Below, one piece after another: positions 50,803 to 61,415 of a stretch of 64,000 nucleotides of DNA. The notes beneath the pieces were generated by a model, which did not search any database, was not told the origin of the DNA, and worked only from the letters and a program-made list of their open reading frames with translations. The position numbers were made by a program, and so were the translations under genes. This DNA comes from an uncultured Gemmatimonadales bacterium (GTDB lineage: Bacteria > Gemmatimonadota > Gemmatimonadetes > Longimicrobiales > Longimicrobiaceae): NCBI GenBank assembly GCA_963716255.1, contig OY970303.1, forward strand, positions 8,032,001-8,096,000, in the 5' to 3' direction. Every line of letters starts with the position of its first letter. Position 1 is the stretch's first letter.

Positions 50803-52203
50803 ATGAGCAGCCCCAACCCGCACATCTTCCGGCAGTACGACATCCGCGGCGTCGTCGGGCCGGACCTGACCCCCGAGGTGGCCGAGGGGATCGGCCGCGC
50901 CTTCGCCACGCTCGCCCGGCGCCGCCTGGGCAAGGCGCGACCCACGCTCGCCCTTGGCCGCGACAACCGCGTGTCCTCCGAGGAGCTGGCCGCCGGCGTC
51001 CGCCGCGGGATGGTGGCCGCCGGCGCCGACGTGGTGGACGTGGGGCTGGTCCCCACCCCGGTGCACTCCTTCGCCGTCTTCCACCTGGGGCTGGACGGCG
51101 GCCTGCAGGTGACCGGCTCGCACAACCCGCCGCAGTACAACGGCTTCAAGATGACGCTCTCCGGCGGCTCGCTGTACGGCGGCGCCATCCAGGAGATCCG
51201 CGGGATGATCGAGGCCGGCGATTTTGAAAGCGGCGAGGGCGGGGTGGAGAACCGCGAGATCCTGGACGAGTACGTGCGCTACGTCGCCGGCAAGTTCAGC
51301 ATCCAGCGGCCCATCAAGGTGGTGGCCGACTGCGGCAACGGCACCGGCTCCATCGTGGCGGTGGAGCTGCTGCGCGCCCTGGGCGACCACGTGGAGGTGA
51401 TCCCGCTCTTCTGCGACTCCGACCCCAGCTTCCCCAACCACCACCCGGACCCGGTGGTGGACAAGAACCTGGTGGACATCATCGCCAAGGTGAAGGAGAC
51501 CGGCGCCGACCTGGGCGTGGCCTTCGACGGGGACGCGGACCGCATCGGCGCCATCGACGACCGGGGCGAGATCGTCCGCGGCGACACGCTCCTCCTCCTG
51601 TACGGGCTGGACCTGATCGCCAAGCGCGGCCCGGGGCAGAAGGTGGTGTTCGACGTCAAGTGCTCGCAGCAGCTCCCCGAGGTGCTGGAGAAGGCGGGCG
51701 GCATCCCCATCATGAACGCCACCGGGCACTCGCTGATCAAGAAGCGGATGAAGGAGGAGGGCTCGCTGCTTTCCGGCGAGCTGTCCGGCCACATCATGTT
51801 CGGCAACGACTACTACGGCTACGACGACGCCCTCTACGGCGCCTGCCTGCTGATCGACGCGCTGCAGCGCAAGGGCGGCACCCTCTCGGAGTGGATCGCC
51901 GGGTTCCCGCGCTTCGTTTCCACGCCGGAGCTGCGCTACCCGGCCACGGAAGAGACCAAGTTCGGCATCGTCGCCCGCGCCACCGAGCACTTCCGGCAGG
52001 GGCACGAGGTGATCGACGTGGACGGAGCCCGCGTCCTCTTCGGCGACGGCTGGGGGCTGGTCCGCGCCTCCAACACCGAGCCGGTGCTGGTGGCCCGCTA
52101 CGAGGCCCGCAGCGCCGAGCGCCTCGCCGAGATCCGCGGCGAGATGGAGGGGTGGCTGGAGTCCGCCGGCGTGCAGACCGTGGGCGGCTCCTCCACCCAC
52201 TGA
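50803..52203 (+). CDS. Phosphomannomutase / phosphoglucomutase
   Basis: FRQYDIRG, TGSHNP, FDGDADR, GELSGH, RASNT. Confidence 0.94.
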   Translation: MSSPNPHIFRQYDIRGVVGPDLTPEVAEGIGRAFATLARRRLGKARPTLALGRDNRVSSEELAAGVRRGMVAAGADVVDVGLVPTPVHSFAVFHLGLDGGLQVTGSHNPPQYNGFKMTLSGGSLYGGAIQEIRGMIEAGDFESGEGGVENREILDEYVRYVAGKFSIQRPIKVVADCGNGTGSIVAVELLRALGDHVEVIPLFCDSDPSFPNHHPDPVVDKNLVDIIAKVKETGADLGVAFDGDADRIGAIDDRGEIVRGDTLLLLYGLDLIAKRGPGQKVVFDVKCSQQLPEVLEKAGGIPIMNATGHSLIKKRMKEEGSLLSGELSGHIMFGNDYYGYDDALYGACLLIDALQRKGGTLSEWIAGFPRFVSTPELRYPATEETKFGIVARATEHFRQGHEVIDVDGARVLFGDGWGLVRASNTEPVLVARYEARSAERLAEIRGEMEGWLESAGVQTVGGSSTH

Positions 52204-52314
52204 GCCCACGGAGAGCGAGGGGCGGCGGCCGCACCGGGGCCGCCGCCCCTCGCGCGTTTCCCGGCGGCCCGAAGGCGCCGCCGCGCGGTCCCCACCCCCT
52301 TCGCGGAGGCCGCC

Positions 52315-53130
52315 GTGCCCAGCTCGTCCAACCCGCTCAACCTGGTTTCGGCCTGGCTGCTCGCGATCATGGGGGTGCCGTGCACGCTCCTGGGCGTGGT
52401 CGGCGCGCTCGCCGAGAGCGGCTCCATGCGCCTGGTCTGGGGGATGCTCGCCGTGGCCGGCCTGGGGATGATCGGCGGGGCCGTGCAGGCGGTGGTCGCC
52501 TGGCGGCGCGCGGAGGTTCGCGAGCGCGGCCACGAGGCGGCGCTGTACGCCGCGACGCGCGGCGAGCCCACGGGGAGCCCGCCCGCGCCATCCGCGCAGC
52601 CGGCGGTCGCGGAAGTGCTGGCGCACTGGACGTACGCGCCGGACGAGTGGGGCGAGTACACCCGGCGGGAGCTGGGCTTCCGCAGCGGCGAGGCGAAGTG
52701 GCTGGGGGTGGGCGTGGCGCTGTTCGGGATCCTGATGCTGGCGTTCCGCGAGGACACGGATTCCCGGATCGCCGCCGCCGTCAGCATCGTGATCGGCTCG
52801 GTCATCTACGTGGGCAAGATGCTCCAGGCTCGCTCCGCGCACGCCGCCAATGCCGCGACCCGCGGCGGCGAGGTGATCATCTCGCCGCACGCGGTGCTGC
52901 TGAACGGCCGCTACCACGTGCTGCAGGACGACCGCTTCCACTTCGCGGGCGTGCGCCTGCTGGACGAGGACGACCCGCCGGTGCTGGAGTTCACCGTCGC
53001 CTGGAGCACCCGCAGCGGCCGCGCGGACGAGCAGGTGTACGTGCCGGTGCCGCGGGGCAGGGAAGACGAGGCGCGGGCGCTGGCGGCGAGCTTCCCGCGG
53101 CGCCCGGAGACGGCGGGGAGCGGGGGATAG
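52315..53130 (+). CDS. Hypothetical membrane protein
   Basis: GGAGG RBS; four TM-like segments; LAHWTYAPDEW...VPVPRG. Confidence 0.7.
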   Translation: MPSSSNPLNLVSAWLLAIMGVPCTLLGVVGALAESGSMRLVWGMLAVAGLGMIGGAVQAVVAWRRAEVRERGHEAALYAATRGEPTGSPPAPSAQPAVAEVLAHWTYAPDEWGEYTRRELGFRSGEAKWLGVGVALFGILMLAFREDTDSRIAAAVSIVIGSVIYVGKMLQARSAHAANAATRGGEVIISPHAVLLNGRYHVLQDDRFHFAGVRLLDEDDPPVLEFTVAWSTRSGRADEQVYVPVPRGREDEARALAASFPRRPETAGSGG

Positions 53131-53238
53131 ACGGCAACGGCGACTGCGACCCCTTCCCCCGGCCCCTCCCCGCAAGGGGGAGGGTGGCGGCTCTCAGGCC
53201 GCCGGGTGGGGCCCCCCGCGGACGCCAGCGCGAGACCC

Positions 53239-53362
53239 GCGTGAGGGATTTCGGCCCGAAGGGGCGAGACCCGCGCAGTTTGCGGGGCTCGACTCCGTTG
53301 GCGAGCGTTGTTTGCTCGCCTACGGAGCCGAAGCCCGACCCCGCGCCAGCGGGGGCACGCCC
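53239..53362 (-). repeat. Dispersed structured element, copy 7
   Basis: Inner hairpin GGCGAGC-AAACAAC-GCTCGCC. Confidence 0.9.
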
Positions 53363-53454
53363 AAGCCCGTAGTTTCCTCCATTTGTACCGAGCGGAACCG
53401 AACTTGCCGCGGGCCATACCCCGCCTTATCATGTCGCCCGCCGGAGAGGACCGA

Positions 53455-54399
53455 TTGACGGCACGCACCATCGTCGTGGCCCTGGGCGGAAACGCCCTGG
53501 CCCAGCCGGGAGAGGAAGGCACCATCACCCAGCAGTTCCACCACACGCGCGAGAGCCTGGGCGCGGTGGTGGAGCTTGCGCGCGAGGGGTGGCGCATCGC
53601 GATCGTGCACGGCAACGGCCCGCAGGTGGGCAACGAGCTGATCCGCAACGAGCAGTCGCGCCACCTGCTGCCGCCGCTCCCGCTGGGGGTGCTGGTGGCG
53701 GGGACGGAAGGGTGGATCGGCTACATGATCCAGCAGTCGCTGCAGAACGCGCTGCGCAGGGGCGGGGTGGACCGCCAGGTGGTGACCGTGGTCACGCAGG
53801 TGGTGGTGGACCCTCGCGACCCGCAGCTGCGGCGGCCCACCAAGCCCATCGGCCGCACCATGGACGAGGCCACCGCCCGCGCCCTCGCCGCCGAGCTGGG
53901 CGGCGACGTGGCCCAGACCAAGGGCGGCTGGCGGCGCGTGGTGCCCAGCCCCCGCCCGCTGGCCATCGTGGAGCGGCCCATGATCCGCTCGCTGGTGGAC
54001 GAGGGGCACCTGGTGATCGCCGCCGGCGGCGGGGGCTGCCCGGTGTACGAGCACCCGGGGCTGGGGCTGGAGGGGATCGACGCGGTGGTGGACAAGGACC
54101 GCGCCGCCGCCATCCTGGGGCACGACATCGGCGCCGAGACCCTGCTGATCCTCACCGACGTCGAGTGCGTCTACCTCGACTACGGGAGCCCGGAACAGCG
54201 CGCCATCCGCCGCCTCACCGTGGAATCCGCCGAGGAGCTGCTGGCAGCGGGCGAGCTGGGCTCCGGGAGCATGGCCCCCAAGGTGGAGGCCGCCGCCGAC
54301 TTCGTGCGGCGCGGCGGCACGCGCGCCATCATCGCGCGCCTGGACCAGGGCAGCCGGGCGGTCGCCGGCGAGGCCGGAACCGAGATCGTCGGTACGTAG
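53455..54399 (+). CDS. arcC: Carbamate kinase
   Basis: VALGGNAL, HGNGPQVG, PTKPIG, RRVVPSP, VVDKD, GSMAPKV. Confidence 0.92.
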   Translation: MTARTIVVALGGNALAQPGEEGTITQQFHHTRESLGAVVELAREGWRIAIVHGNGPQVGNELIRNEQSRHLLPPLPLGVLVAGTEGWIGYMIQQSLQNALRRGGVDRQVVTVVTQVVVDPRDPQLRRPTKPIGRTMDEATARALAAELGGDVAQTKGGWRRVVPSPRPLAIVERPMIRSLVDEGHLVIAAGGGGCPVYEHPGLGLEGIDAVVDKDRAAAILGHDIGAETLLILTDVECVYLDYGSPEQRAIRRLTVESAEELLAAGELGSGSMAPKVEAAADFVRRGGTRAIIARLDQGSRAVAGEAGTEIVGT

Positions 54400-54431
54400 G
54401 ACCTTTTCATCACCCGAACAGGACGGACGCG

Positions 54432-55574
54432 GTGAACATACACGAATACCAGGCGAAGGAGCTCCTCGTCGCGCAGGGGATCCCGGTCCCCATGGGCGAG
54501 GTGGCGACCACGCCGGAGCAGGCCGAGGAGATCGCCCGGCGGCTGGGCGGCGCCGTGATGGTCAAGGCGCAGGTGCACGCCGGCGGCCGCGGCAAGGCCG
54601 GCGGCGTCAAGTTCTGCAAGACCCCCGAGGAGGCCCGCGAAAAGGCGCAGGCCATCCTGGGGATGCAGATCAAGGGGCTCACCGTGGAGAAGGTCCTCGT
54701 GGCGCCCGCCGCCGACATCGGAACCGAGGCGTACGTGGGGATCATCGTGGACCGCGCCAGCAAGAAGCCGGTCTTCATGGTCTCGTCCGAGGGCGGCATC
54801 GACATCGAGGAGGTGGCCGCCACCAACCCGGACGCCATCTTCAAGCTCCCGGTGGACCCGCGCTACGGCCTGCTCCCGCACCAGGCGTACCTGATGGCCA
54901 ACCGGCTGTACAAGGACGCCAAGCAGCAGCGCGCCGCGGCCAAGATCCTCCAGCAGCTGTACACCGCCTTCGTGCAGGCGGGCGCCTCGCTGGCCGAGAT
55001 CAACCCGCTGATCACCACCCCCGAGGGCGAGGTGGTGGCGATCGACGCCAAGTTCAACATCGACGACAACGAGCTCTTCCGGCACCCCGAGGTCGAGGCG
55101 CTGCGCGACGACTCCTCCGAGGCCCCGGCCGAGGTGCTGGCGCGCGAGGCGGGGCTGACCTTCATCAAGCTCGACGGCGACGTGGGCTGCGTGGTCAACG
55201 GCGCCGGGCTGGCCATGGCGACCATGGACCTGGTGAAGTACTACGGGGGCGAGCCCGCCAACTTCCTGGACATCGGCGGCTCGTCCAACCCGGAGAAGGT
55301 GGTCAACGCGCTCAAGATCATCACGAAAGATGAAAACGTGAAGGCCATCCTGTTCAACATCTTCGGCGGTATCACCCGGACCGACGACGTGGCCAACGGG
55401 ATCGTGACCGCCACGAAGCAGATCGACATCAACGTGCCCATCGTGATCCGCCTCACCGGCACCAACGAGGAGATCGCCGTGAAGATCCTGGCCGAGGCCG
55501 GCTTCAGCGCGATGACCGACATGGACGAAGCCGTGCAGCGGGCCGTCGCTTTGGCCAAGGGGGAGGCCCAGTGA
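54432..55574 (+). CDS. sucC: Succinyl-CoA synthetase beta subunit
   Basis: [38 protein letters not shown]. Confidence 0.97.
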   Translation: MNIHEYQAKELLVAQGIPVPMGEVATTPEQAEEIARRLGGAVMVKAQVHAGGRGKAGGVKFCKTPEEAREKAQAILGMQIKGLTVEKVLVAPAADIGTEAYVGIIVDRASKKPVFMVSSEGGIDIEEVAATNPDAIFKLPVDPRYGLLPHQAYLMANRLYKDAKQQRAAAKILQQLYTAFVQAGASLAEINPLITTPEGEVVAIDAKFNIDDNELFRHPEVEALRDDSSEAPAEVLAREAGLTFIKLDGDVGCVVNGAGLAMATMDLVKYYGGEPANFLDIGGSSNPEKVVNALKIITKDENVKAILFNIFGGITRTDDVANGIVTATKQIDINVPIVIRLTGTNEEIAVKILAEAGFSAMTDMDEAVQRAVALAKGEAQ

Positions 55575-56440
55575 GCATCTTCATCGACAAGGACACCCGG
55601 CTCGTCGTCCAGGGGATCACGGGCCGCGACGGCTCGTTCCACACCCGGCAGATGATGGAGTACGGCACCCGGGTGGTCGCCGGCGTCACCCCCGGCAAGG
55701 GCGGGCAGACGTTCGAGGGCTCGGTGCCCATCTTCAACACCGTCGAGGAGGCGGTGAAGCAGGGCGGCGCCAACACCTCGGTGATCTACGTGCCGCCGGC
55801 CTTCGCCGCCGACGCCATGTTCGAGGCCGCCGACGCCGGGATCGAGTTCATCGTGTGCATCACCGAGGGCGTGCCGGTGCTGGACATGACCCGCGTCCGC
55901 CCGTACGTGCTGGACAAGGGCGCGCGCCTGCTGGGCCCCAACTGCCCCGGGCTCCTTTCGGCCGGCAAGAGCAAGGTGGGGATCATCCCCGGCCACATCA
56001 CCCATCCGGGCCCCGTCGGCCTGGTCTCCAAGTCGGGGACGCTGACCTACGAGGTGGTCTACAAGCTCAAGGCCGCGGGGATCGGCACCACCACCTGCGT
56101 GGGAATCGGCGGCGACCCCATCAACGGCACCAGCTTCATCGACTGCCTGGCCGCCTTCGAGGCCGACCCGGAGACCAGGGCCATCGTGATGCTGGGCGAG
56201 ATCGGCGGCACCGACGAGCAGGAGGCGGCCGCCTACGTCAGGGAAAGCGTCACCAAGCCGGTGGTGGGCTTCATCGCGGGCCAGACCGCGCCCCCGGGGC
56301 GCCGCATGGGCCACGCGGGCGCCATCATCTCCGGCTCCGCCGGGACCGCCGAGGAAAAGATCCAGGCGTTCCGGGACAACGGCATCGGCGTCGCCCAGCG
56401 CCCGGTGGACGTGGTGGGGCTCATCCGGGAGGCTCTCTGA
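55571..56440 (+). CDS. sucD: Succinyl-CoA synthetase alpha subunit
   Basis: [26 protein letters not shown]. Confidence 0.97.
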   Translation: MSIFIDKDTRLVVQGITGRDGSFHTRQMMEYGTRVVAGVTPGKGGQTFEGSVPIFNTVEEAVKQGGANTSVIYVPPAFAADAMFEAADAGIEFIVCITEGVPVLDMTRVRPYVLDKGARLLGPNCPGLLSAGKSKVGIIPGHITHPGPVGLVSKSGTLTYEVVYKLKAAGIGTTTCVGIGGDPINGTSFIDCLAAFEADPETRAIVMLGEIGGTDEQEAAAYVRESVTKPVVGFIAGQTAPPGRRMGHAGAIISGSAGTAEEKIQAFRDNGIGVAQRPVDVVGLIREAL

Positions 56441-56466
56441 GCGAACCCGGGAGGGGCGGGCGCGAG

Positions 56467-57354
56467 CTGCGGCTGACGGAGGTCCTCCGGCCGGAGCACG
56501 TGCTCGCCCCGCTGGACGTGGACACCGTCCACGCGGCGGTCGCCGCCCTTGCCGCGCGCCTCCGGGAGACCGGGGACGTCCCGCGGCCGGAGCGGATGGA
56601 GGGGCTGTTCGCCGAGAACCGCATCCGCGACGTCATCCACGTGGGCGACCGCGTGCTCCTCCCGCACCTGCGGACGGACGCGGTGGACCACCTGGTGGTG
56701 GCTCTGGGCGTGGCGCCGCGGCCGCTGGCCGTGGGGCAGCGCGCCGCGGGCGGGGCGCAGGTGGTGGTGCTGGTGCTCGCCCCGCCCGCGGCCAACGACC
56801 TGTACCTGCAGACGGTGGCGGCGCTGGCGCGCGCGCTCCGCCAGGACGAGACCGTGGACCGGCTGGCCGCCGCCCGCACCCCGGACGAGGTGCTGGCGAT
56901 CGGCGAGATCCGCGACCTCACCATCCAGCCGCGGCTGCTGGTGAGGGACGTGATGAGCCCGCGGGTGTTCCGCGTGTCGCCGGACACCCCGGTGCGCGAG
57001 CTCCTGGAGCTGGCCAGCACGCACCGCCTGCGCGCGGTGCCGGTGGTGGGGGAGGACCGCGAGGTGCTGGGGATGGTCACCGACCGCGACCTGCTCCGCC
57101 ACCTCCTCCCGCTGGCGCTCCGCCCCGGCGACGGCCCCGCGCACGGCGCCGCCTCGCCCGAAGGGCTCACGGTGCGCGACATCATGACGCGCTCGGTGAT
57201 GTGCATCTCCGAGGAGCAGGGGCTGGCGGAGGTCGCCTCCGTCATGGTCAACAAGGACGTGGAGCGCCTCCCCGTGGTCCACGAGGGGAAGCTCACCGGC
57301 TTCCTGACGCGGGGGGACATCCTCCGCAAGCTGTTCGGCTTCCGGGCCCCCTGA
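56467..57354 (+). CDS. PTS EIIA - tandem CBS domain fusion protein (start uncertain)
   Basis: [22 protein letters not shown] motifs VRDVMS, VPVV, VRDIMT, LPVV. Confidence 0.8.
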   Translation: MRLTEVLRPEHVLAPLDVDTVHAAVAALAARLRETGDVPRPERMEGLFAENRIRDVIHVGDRVLLPHLRTDAVDHLVVALGVAPRPLAVGQRAAGGAQVVVLVLAPPAANDLYLQTVAALARALRQDETVDRLAAARTPDEVLAIGEIRDLTIQPRLLVRDVMSPRVFRVSPDTPVRELLELASTHRLRAVPVVGEDREVLGMVTDRDLLRHLLPLALRPGDGPAHGAASPEGLTVRDIMTRSVMCISEEQGLAEVASVMVNKDVERLPVVHEGKLTGFLTRGDILRKLFGFRAP

Positions 57355-57382
57355 ACCGATCATTCAACCCGAATCCATGCCC

Positions 57383-57802
57383 ATGTCACGCACGCTCGCC
57401 ATCATCAAGCCGGACGCCGTCGCGGCCGGCAACGCCGGCAAGATCATCGCCCACCTGGAGGGCGCCGGCTTCCGCATCGTCGCCATGAAGATGGAGCACC
57501 TGACCTCCGAGCGGGCCGGCGAGTTCTACGCCGTGCACCGCGAGCGCCCCTTCTACGGCGAGCTGGTGGAGTTCATGACCTCCGGCCCCGCCATCCCCAT
57601 CGCGCTGGAGTCCGACGACGCGGTGACGAAGTACCGCGAGACCATCGGCGCCACGGACCCCGCCGAGGCCGCCGAGGGTACGATCCGCAAGCTGTACGCG
57701 GAGTCCAAGGGCCGGAACGCCGTGCACGGCTCCGACTCGGACGAGAACGCGGCGGCCGAGATCCGCTTCTTCTTCGGCGACGAGCTGCCGGGCGCGCGCT
57801 GA
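57383..57802 (+). CDS. ndk: Nucleoside diphosphate kinase
   Basis: [30 protein letters not shown]. Confidence 0.97.
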   Translation: MSRTLAIIKPDAVAAGNAGKIIAHLEGAGFRIVAMKMEHLTSERAGEFYAVHRERPFYGELVEFMTSGPAIPIALESDDAVTKYRETIGATDPAEAAEGTIRKLYAESKGRNAVHGSDSDENAAAEIRFFFGDELPGAR

Positions 57803-57884
57803 GCCCGTCCGTCGCGGCGGTGGAGAGGGACGCGGCCTGGCGCCGCGTCCCTCTCTTCGCTTCTCACTCCTTCGCAAACCCATC

Positions 57885-58247
57885 GTGAACCTCCTCCTCC
57901 GCTGGCTCGCCTCCGCCGCCGCCGTGTGGGTCGCCACACGGCTGGTCCCCGGCATCCGCTACGAGGGCGGCTTCCAGACGCTGCTGGTGGTCGCGCTGAT
58001 CCTGGGGCTGGTCAACGCGCTGGTCCGCCCGCTGCTCAAGTTCCTGGCCTGCGGGATCATCGCGCTGACGCTGGGGCTCTTCCTGCTGGTCATCAACGCC
58101 GTGCTCCTGCTGCTGGTGGAGGCGCTCGCCAACTCCTTCGGCTACGGCTTCCACGTGGACGGCTTCGTCCCGGCGCTCGTCGGCTCGGTGGTGATCTCGG
58201 TGGTGTCGTACCTGCTGTCCATGCTCCTCACGGACGACGACAAGTAG
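57885..58247 (+). CDS. YvlD / DUF360 ('phage holin family') membrane protein
   Basis: LGLVNALVRP, LTLGLFLLVINA. Confidence 0.85.
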   Translation: MNLLLRWLASAAAVWVATRLVPGIRYEGGFQTLLVVALILGLVNALVRPLLKFLACGIIALTLGLFLLVINAVLLLLVEALANSFGYGFHVDGFVPALVGSVVISVVSYLLSMLLTDDDK

Positions 58248-58271
58248 TTTACGGCTTTGGACTGCGGGTTC

Positions 58272-58401
58272 GGGCGTGCCCCCGGCTGCGCCGGGGTCGG
58301 GCTTCGGCTCCGTAAGCGAGCAAACAACGCTCGCTAACGGAGTCGAGACCCCGCGAAACTGCCCGCGGGGTCTCGCCCCTTCGGGCCGTAATCCCTCACG
58401 C
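58272..58401 (+). repeat. Dispersed structured element, copy 8
   Basis: Inner hairpin AGCGAGC-AAACAAC-GCTCGCT. Confidence 0.9.
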
Positions 58402-58647
58402 AACTGCTTATCTTACCCCCACATCCCGAAGTTTCCCCCTCTCCCAGAATTGGGAGAGGGTGGCGGCTATAAGGCCGCCGGGTGAGGGCCCATGCACGGA
58501 GTCATCCGGAGCGCGCCGTCGTTCTGCTGTTTCCGCACTCCCGCACTCCATTTTTCGCTCCCGTCGGCCCGAAAGGTTGAAAACATCCTCCCGCGGGCAC
58601 AGATTCATCGTCCACTGCGGCGCGGAAGCTGGGATGCGGCCGTTTCC

Positions 58648-58676
58648 TTGACACTGCGCGGCTTTTCGCATAGTTT
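58648..58676 (+). promoter_or_regulatory. Putative sigma70 promoter of the yceD-rpmF-plsX-fab operon
   Basis: TTGACA-17 bp-TAGTTT. Confidence 0.65.
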
Positions 58677-58684
58677 TCCGGTTT

Positions 58685-59194
58685 ATGCTGAAACTCAGCC
58701 TGGGCGCGGTTTCGCGTGGAGAAGTGCGGGTCCGGGACGACGTCCCTCCGGACCACCCGATGTGGGACGGCTTGCAGGTGTCGCTGGCCGGGCCGCTGCA
58801 CGTGGACCTCACCGCCCGCGGCGTGGGCGAGGGGGTGTTCCTCCGGGGAACGGTGCGCGGAAAGCTCCGCCTGCCGTGCCGGCGCTGCCTGGCCGAGACC
58901 GAGCACGAGCTGGACGAGGCGGTGGACTTCCTCTTCGACGAGATCCGGGCCGACGAAGAGGAGGAGATGGAAGGGGAAGTCTATCCTCTCCCCGAGCGGG
59001 GCGACGAGCTGGACCTCGCGGACGCCGTCCGCGAGCAGGTCCTGCTGCGCGTGCCGCAGTACGTCCTTTGCCGCGAGGAGTGCCGCGGCCTGTGCCCGCG
59101 GTGCGGCGCCGACCTGAACGACGCGCCGTGCGGCTGCGGTCCCGAGGAGGAAGACTCTCCCTGGGTCGCGCTGAAGACGATCAAGTTCGACTGA
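58685..59194 (+). CDS. DUF177 / YceD family protein
   Basis: CRRCL, LCREECRGLCPRCGADLN; upstream of rpmF. Confidence 0.92.
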   Translation: MLKLSLGAVSRGEVRVRDDVPPDHPMWDGLQVSLAGPLHVDLTARGVGEGVFLRGTVRGKLRLPCRRCLAETEHELDEAVDFLFDEIRADEEEEMEGEVYPLPERGDELDLADAVREQVLLRVPQYVLCREECRGLCPRCGADLNDAPCGCGPEEEDSPWVALKTIKFD

Positions 59195-59219
59195 CCCATA
59201 GCCACCCGAGGGGTTTACG

Positions 59220-59402
59220 ATGGCCGTACCCAAGAAGCGCCAGTCCAAGCAGCGCCAGCGCAAGCGCCGCACGCACGTCAAGGCCGCCATGCCGACCTTC
59301 GGCAAGTGCCCGCAGTGCCAGGATCCGCACGTGCCGCACCGCGTCTGCCCGAACTGCGGCTACTACCGCAACGAGCAGCGCGTCGAAGTGGAAGAGTTCT
59401 AA
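59220..59402 (+). CDS. rpmF: 50S ribosomal protein L32
   Basis: MAVPKKRQS, CPQC...PHRVCPNCGYY. Confidence 0.97.
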   Translation: MAVPKKRQSKQRQRKRRTHVKAAMPTFGKCPQCQDPHVPHRVCPNCGYYRNEQRVEVEEF

Positions 59403-59421
59403 GCGCGCGGAACGTCTACAG

Positions 59422-60420
59422 ATGCGGATCGCGCTTGACGCGATGGGCTCCGACCGTGCCCCCTCCGTGGAGATCGAGGGTGCGGTCGGAGCTTTGCGTG
59501 AGCTGGAGGGAGACTTTCGCATCGTCCTGGTCGGCGACGAAGCGCTGATCGACGCGGAGCTGGCGCGCCACCCGGACGCGCCGCGCGACCGCATCGACGT
59601 GGTGCACGCCCCCGGCCGGATCGAGATGGGAGAGTCCCCCGCGCACGCCATCCGGCGCAAGCAGGACTCGTCCATGGTCGTCGGCCTCAACCTGCAGAAG
59701 CGGGGCGAGGCGGACGCCTTCATCAGCGCGGGCTCCACCGGCGCCGCCATGGCGGGGTCGGTGATGATCCTCGGCGTCCTCCCCGGCGTGGACCGCCCGG
59801 CCGTCGGCACGGTGCTGCCCACGGCCTCGGGGCACACGCTGATGATCGACGGCGGCGCCAACGTGGATACGCGCGCCCAGCACCTCCTCCAGTTCGGCTT
59901 CCTGGGCGGCATCTACGCCCGCGACCTGATGGGGATCGAGAGCCCGCGCATCGGGCTCCTGAACATCGGCGAGGAGCCGGAAAAGGGCGACGAGCGCGCC
60001 GTGGAGGCGCACCGCCTGCTGGCCGCCGCCGAGGGGATCAACTTCGTGGGGAACATCGAGGGGCGCGACGTCATCCGCGGCAAGTGCGACGTGCTCGTCT
60101 GCGACGGCTTCGTGGGCAACGTCCTCCTCAAGTTCTACGAGTCGGTCGCCGGCTTCATGCTCGGCATGCTCCGCCAGGAGATGGACGCGGCGAAGGTGGA
60201 GCTGGACCTCACGCGCATGTTCCACACGCTGGACTACACCGAGTACGGCGGCGCCCCCCTGCTGGGGGTCAACGGCGTCACCATCATCTGCCACGGCGGC
60301 TCGCCGCCCCGCGCCATACGCAACGCCATCCGCGTGGCGGTGCAGGCGGTGGACCGGCAGATGGTCTCGCACATCGAGCGCCAGCTCTCCCGCCGCACGG
60401 AAGCACCCCTGAGCCCATGA
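59422..60420 (+). CDS. plsX: Phosphate acyltransferase
   Basis: IALDAMGSD, SAGSTGA, LLNIGEE, CDGFVGN, GGAPLLG. Confidence 0.96.
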   Translation: MRIALDAMGSDRAPSVEIEGAVGALRELEGDFRIVLVGDEALIDAELARHPDAPRDRIDVVHAPGRIEMGESPAHAIRRKQDSSMVVGLNLQKRGEADAFISAGSTGAAMAGSVMILGVLPGVDRPAVGTVLPTASGHTLMIDGGANVDTRAQHLLQFGFLGGIYARDLMGIESPRIGLLNIGEEPEKGDERAVEAHRLLAAAEGINFVGNIEGRDVIRGKCDVLVCDGFVGNVLLKFYESVAGFMLGMLRQEMDAAKVELDLTRMFHTLDYTEYGGAPLLGVNGVTIICHGGSPPRAIRNAIRVAVQAVDRQMVSHIERQLSRRTEAPLSP

Positions 60421-61415
60421 GCGCCACCAACGGTCTTCCCCGCGCCCGGGTGGTCTCCACCGGCCGCTTCAACCCGCCCCGCGTCGTCACCAACGCGGAG
60501 CTGGAAAAGACGGTGGAAACCTCGGACGAGTGGATCCGCACCCGCACCGGGATCCGCGAGCGCCGCCTCGCCGACCCCGGCGTGGGCGCCGCCGACATGG
60601 GCGCCGCCGCGGCCCGCGTCGCGCTGGAGCGCGCCGGGCTGGACGCCAAGGACGTGGACATGCTCCTGGTGTCCACCGCCACTCCGGACCGGCTGCTCCC
60701 CTCCACCGCCTGCGACATCCAGGCGCTGCTGGGGGCCTCCAACGCCGGGTCGTACGACTTCGCCACCGCCTGCTCCGGCTTCCTGTACGGGCTGTCGCTC
60801 GCCGAGGCGCACATCGCCGCGGGGCAGGCGAAGACGGTGCTGGTGATCGCCACCGAGCGCATGAGCAGCATCGTGGACTGGGGCGACCGCTCCACCTGCG
60901 TGCTGTTCGGCGACGGGGCGGGCGCCGCCGTAGTCCAGCCGGCCGAGGACGGGCGCGGCATCCTGTCCAGCTTCATGAAGTCGGACGGGACGCTGGCCGA
61001 GCTCCTCTACCGGCCCGGCGGCGGCGCCAAGATCCCCTTCGACATCGCGGTGCTCGACGAGAAGTCGCACCTGGTGAAGATGGCGGGCCCCGAGGTGTTC
61101 AAGGCCGCGGTGCGCTCCATGTGCGAGGCCGCCGAGCAGGCGCTGAAGCGCGCCGGCGTCACCTCCGAGGACATCGACCTCCTCGTGCCGCACCAGGCGA
61201 ACAACCGGATCATCGAGGCCACGGCCAAGTACGCCGGGATCCCCATGGACAAGGTGTTCGTCAACGTGGACCGCTACGGCAACATGAGCTCCGCCTCGGT
61301 GCCGGTGGCGCTGGACGAGGCGGTGGAGCAGGGACGGATCGTGGAGGGATCGCTGGTGCTGATGGTGGCCTTCGGCGCCGGCTTCACGTGGGCCGCCAAC
61401 GTGGTGCGGATGTGA
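60417..61415 (+). CDS. fabH: 3-oxoacyl-ACP synthase III
   Basis: WIRTRTGI, ACSGF, FGDGAGA, PHQAN, YGNMS. Confidence 0.96.
   Translation: MSATNGLPRARVVSTGRFNPPRVVTNAELEKTVETSDEWIRTRTGIRERRLADPGVGAADMGAAAARVALERAGLDAKDVDMLLVSTATPDRLLPSTACDIQALLGASNAGSYDFATACSGFLYGLSLAEAHIAAGQAKTVLVIATERMSSIVDWGDRSTCVLFGDGAGAAVVQPAEDGRGILSSFMKSDGTLAELLYRPGGGAKIPFDIAVLDEKSHLVKMAGPEVFKAAVRSMCEAAEQALKRAGVTSEDIDLLVPHQANNRIIEATAKYAGIPMDKVFVNVDRYGNMSSASVPVALDEAVEQGRIVEGSLVLMVAFGAGFTWAANVVRM

Noticed and set aside
57885..58247. Holin as evidence of a prophage
   Set aside because: YvlD/DUF360-type gene in a housekeeping context with no phage genes.
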